DNA from: an uncultured Verrucomicrobiae bacterium
GTDB taxonomy: Bacteria > Verrucomicrobiota > Verrucomicrobiia > Chthoniobacterales > UBA10450
Assembly (NCBI GenBank): GCA_963772365.1
Contig: CAVYXA010000004.1
Location: 1 to 64,000 of the forward strand
Reading direction: 5' to 3'
DNA: 64,000 nt
Shown here: one piece after another, positions 61,725 to 64,000 of the stretch
Layout of the letters: every line of letters begins with the position of its first letter
How positions within the stretch are numbered: position 1 is the first letter of the stretch
Notes under the pieces: model-generated
Database searches by the model: none
Told to the model about the DNA's origin: nothing
Seen by the model: the letters and a program-made list of their open reading frames with translations, nothing else
Made by a program: the position numbers and the translations under genes

Positions 61725-62052
61725 ATCGCGCAGGAAGCGTTTGTCCGTAGGCACCGCCAATAAAGACGTTGTTGTTCAATACCAAATCGCCAGCTGGCGC
61801 GTGCTGGTATTAAACGGGGCATAATCGGACTTGCCGTCGCGGTTAAAGTCCGCTGTGCCAGTCAAGATTTAACCGGTGGCGATGGTTGGGCCATAGACGC
61901 CGCCGACAAACACATTGTTATTCAAATACCAGATCGCGGATTGGCGAGTCGCAGCGTTGAAGAGCAGGTAATCGGTTTTGCCGTCGCCGTTGAAATCGCC
62001 GACAGCCACCAATTCCCCAGCCGCTGGGCAGCGTTGGGCCGTATGCGCCGGC
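61725..62052 (-). pseudogene. Degenerate FG-GAP repeat cassette paralogous to the tail of the neighbouring gene
   Basis: GAYGPTLPSGW / GDFNGDGKTDYLLFNAATRQSAIWYLNNN, with an in-frame TAA (61869-61871) and two frameshifts. Confidence 0.8.
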
Positions 62053-62536
62053 ATCGGGAAATGTCCCACCGGGTTGTCCGCGACGCGTCCACGTTGGTGG
62101 ACTTTGAGGTAAGTGGAATCAATCTCGCTCATCACCACCGACGCTGGCTTGGGCTAAAGCTTGACCGGGCCACCATTGTCGATCGGGCTGCTGGCAGAGT
62201 TTTGCTCCACGGAGCACGTACCGCCAAATCAACCGCCCACTCAATCGCACCCGCAGCCAGCGTGGAAGTTCCCGCGCCGCCGGCCGGTAATTGCCTGAGC
62301 CGCGCTCGTAGAAAACCCCCAATCGAACAGGTCTCAGAAATCATCCATCAGCTCACGGACAAGGCGTGGCGCGGGTCGGAGTCATCGTCAGCAAATTGGA
62401 AAAGCAGCTTCGCAAAAGAGCGCGATATTCTCTCGGCGTCCGGCAACCAAGCGGCCAGTGCTCTTGGGCTTTTCGTAAGCGCGGTCCACTCTTGCGCGAT
62501 TCGTGTCCCGCATAAATAGTGCTTCTGCCTAAATCG

Positions 62537-63229
62537 ATGAAACGATTGGTCCTGATTTTTTTACTGCTCCTACTGGCTCAGTCGTCACAGGCCCGCACGA
62601 CCGAACGCGAGTGGATCATCCTCGTAGGTGGTCCATCGCTTTACCAATGGGAGAAATACAAGGCCTATCCGCATGATCATTGGTGGGCCAATTTTGTGCG
62701 GGCAGCCCGGATCCGCACCGAACAATTGCGGGCCGTGGGGACGAACGCGAAGATTACCTGGCTGGTTTACAAGCAGGGCTATATCTCCCGTGGCAAACAG
62801 GACCATCAGGATTTGCTCAGCTACATCGATTCCGTGCGCGACAAATACAATCTCAAGCTCGTTTATTTTCAAACCGGTGCCGATGTTATCAATTACCTAA
62901 ACAACGGCCAACCGCGCGATCGGGTGAAAGTGGCCGGGTTCGAATATTTCGGTCACTCGAACAAGGCCTGTTTCATGTTCGATTACAGCAACAATCTCGA
63001 CAGCGCTTCAAAAGCTTGGCTGCACGAAAATGATTTGGTGAAAATCGATCGCCACATTTTTGCGCACCCGACCTATGCCCGAAGCTGGGGTTGTCATACT
63101 GGCGAAAGCATGTCGCGAAAATGGTACAACGCGACCGGTACGCATATGTTCGGCGCAATCGGCAAGACACAGTTCATGATGGAAGAATTGCCGATTCTCA
63201 CTTCAGCCAACGGCAGGTGGGTCAATTAG
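62537..63229 (+). CDS. Secreted hypothetical protein with a possible clan-CD His/Cys dyad
   Basis: Signal peptide; FEYFGHS and SWGCHTG motifs. Confidence 0.65.
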   Translation: MKRLVLIFLLLLLAQSSQARTTEREWIILVGGPSLYQWEKYKAYPHDHWWANFVRAARIRTEQLRAVGTNAKITWLVYKQGYISRGKQDHQDLLSYIDSVRDKYNLKLVYFQTGADVINYLNNGQPRDRVKVAGFEYFGHSNKACFMFDYSNNLDSASKAWLHENDLVKIDRHIFAHPTYARSWGCHTGESMSRKWYNATGTHMFGAIGKTQFMMEELPILTSANGRWVN

Positions 63230-63303
63230 GAATCATCACGAATACTTGGCCAAAATAGAATCCAATGTGCTAGACTGAAACAGGGCTGTCCTCTTTTCTC
63301 CTT

Positions 63304-64000
63304 ATGAAACACACGTTTTTTCTTCACGCGCTCGTTGTCCTGTTTGGGATCAATTCTTCGCTCCATGCAGCGGTTAACGTCACGCAGGAGCACAACAACC
63401 TCTCGCGCGACGGCGTTTACGTCGATGCGGCCTTTACTGCATCCGCGGCCGCCAATCTGACCCGCGACCTCAACTTCAACGGGGCGATCTCGGGCAATAT
63501 GCTTTCCCAACCGCTCTACATTGAAGGCGGCCCAAATGGACCGATGGTGATTGCCGCGACGGAATCGAACAACGTCTACGCGCTGAATGCGATTACCGGC
63601 AGCATCATTTGGCAGCGTAACCTCGGTAACCCGGCGACGAGCGGTTTGCCGTGCGGCAACATCAATCCCCTCGGAATCAGCGATACGCCGGCTGTCGATC
63701 TTCCGTCCCGCGCGCTCTTTCTGGACGCCATGGTCGATACCGGAACTGCCAAGAAGCATCTTATTTTCTCACTGAATGTAGACACGGGCGCGACCAATCC
63801 CGGTTGGCCAGTGGATGTGAGTGCCGCGTTTCCATCATTTGATTCTCCCCATCACAACAATCGCGGCGCGCTCGCTGTAGTGAACGGTATCATCTACGTG
63901 CCATACTCGGGGCACTTCGGAGATTGCACTCCATACCGGGGTTGGGTCGTTGGCGTGCAGATCGACAATCCCTCGGCTGTCTTGGCTTGGTCCACGAGCG
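63304..64000 (+). CDS. Secreted PQQ-like beta-propeller protein (partial, runs off the right edge)
   Basis: Manual translation MKHTFF...AAVNVTQEHNNLSRDG...QPLY...ATESNNVYALNA.TG..IWQ...GISDTPAVD. Confidence 0.75.
   Translation, partial: MKHTFFLHALVVLFGINSSLHAAVNVTQEHNNLSRDGVYVDAAFTASAAANLTRDLNFNGAISGNMLSQPLYIEGGPNGPMVIAATESNNVYALNAITGSIIWQRNLGNPATSGLPCGNINPLGISDTPAVDLPSRALFLDAMVDTGTAKKHLIFSLNVDTGATNPGWPVDVSAAFPSFDSPHHNNRGALAVVNGIIYVPYSGHFGDCTPYRGWVVGVQIDNPSAVLAWSTS

Noticed and set aside
1..64000. CRISPR array or cas genes
   Set aside because: The repeats are dispersed palindromes or coding repeats; there is no regular repeat-spacer series and no Cas-like ORF.

Overview
Gene-dense bacterial chromosome segment, mostly housekeeping. 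The lineage is probably soil Verrucomicrobiota (Chthoniobacterales / Ca. Udaeobacter-like); this is inferred from the double-length UvrA, the integrase N-terminus, the FG-GAP-tailed secreted protein and the repeat style. It carries tRNA-Thr(UGU) next to the start of a tyrosine integrase, and pepF, cbpA-like dnaJ, rpiB, pilC, rarA, cysJ-like, sseA-sufE, carB, aguB, yhaM-like, an orphan DNA methyltransferase, an N-terminally truncated lon, pckG, uvrA, lgt, tolQRAB, ligC, htrA, purD, scpB, glmM, a sigma-54 regulator, a GH75 chitosanase and lysA. Two sequence-level signals are not explained by the gene list. (1) A non-palindromic motif TTGTCGATCT/AGATCGACAA is strongly over-represented (22 exact 10-mers and about 70 8-mer cores counted by eye). 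It occurs on both strands and in several reading frames and is missing from apparent accessory segments, like an uptake-sequence or HIP1-type signature. (2) At least seven families of REP-like palindromes plus heptamer tandem repeats occur not only between genes but also in frame inside them (at least six in uvrA, also lysA and the methyltransferase). They supply stop codons and form a translationally coupled mini-ORF between tolQ and tolR. Several single-base frameshifts in conserved genes suggest sequencing indels. No CRISPR array or rRNA was seen.
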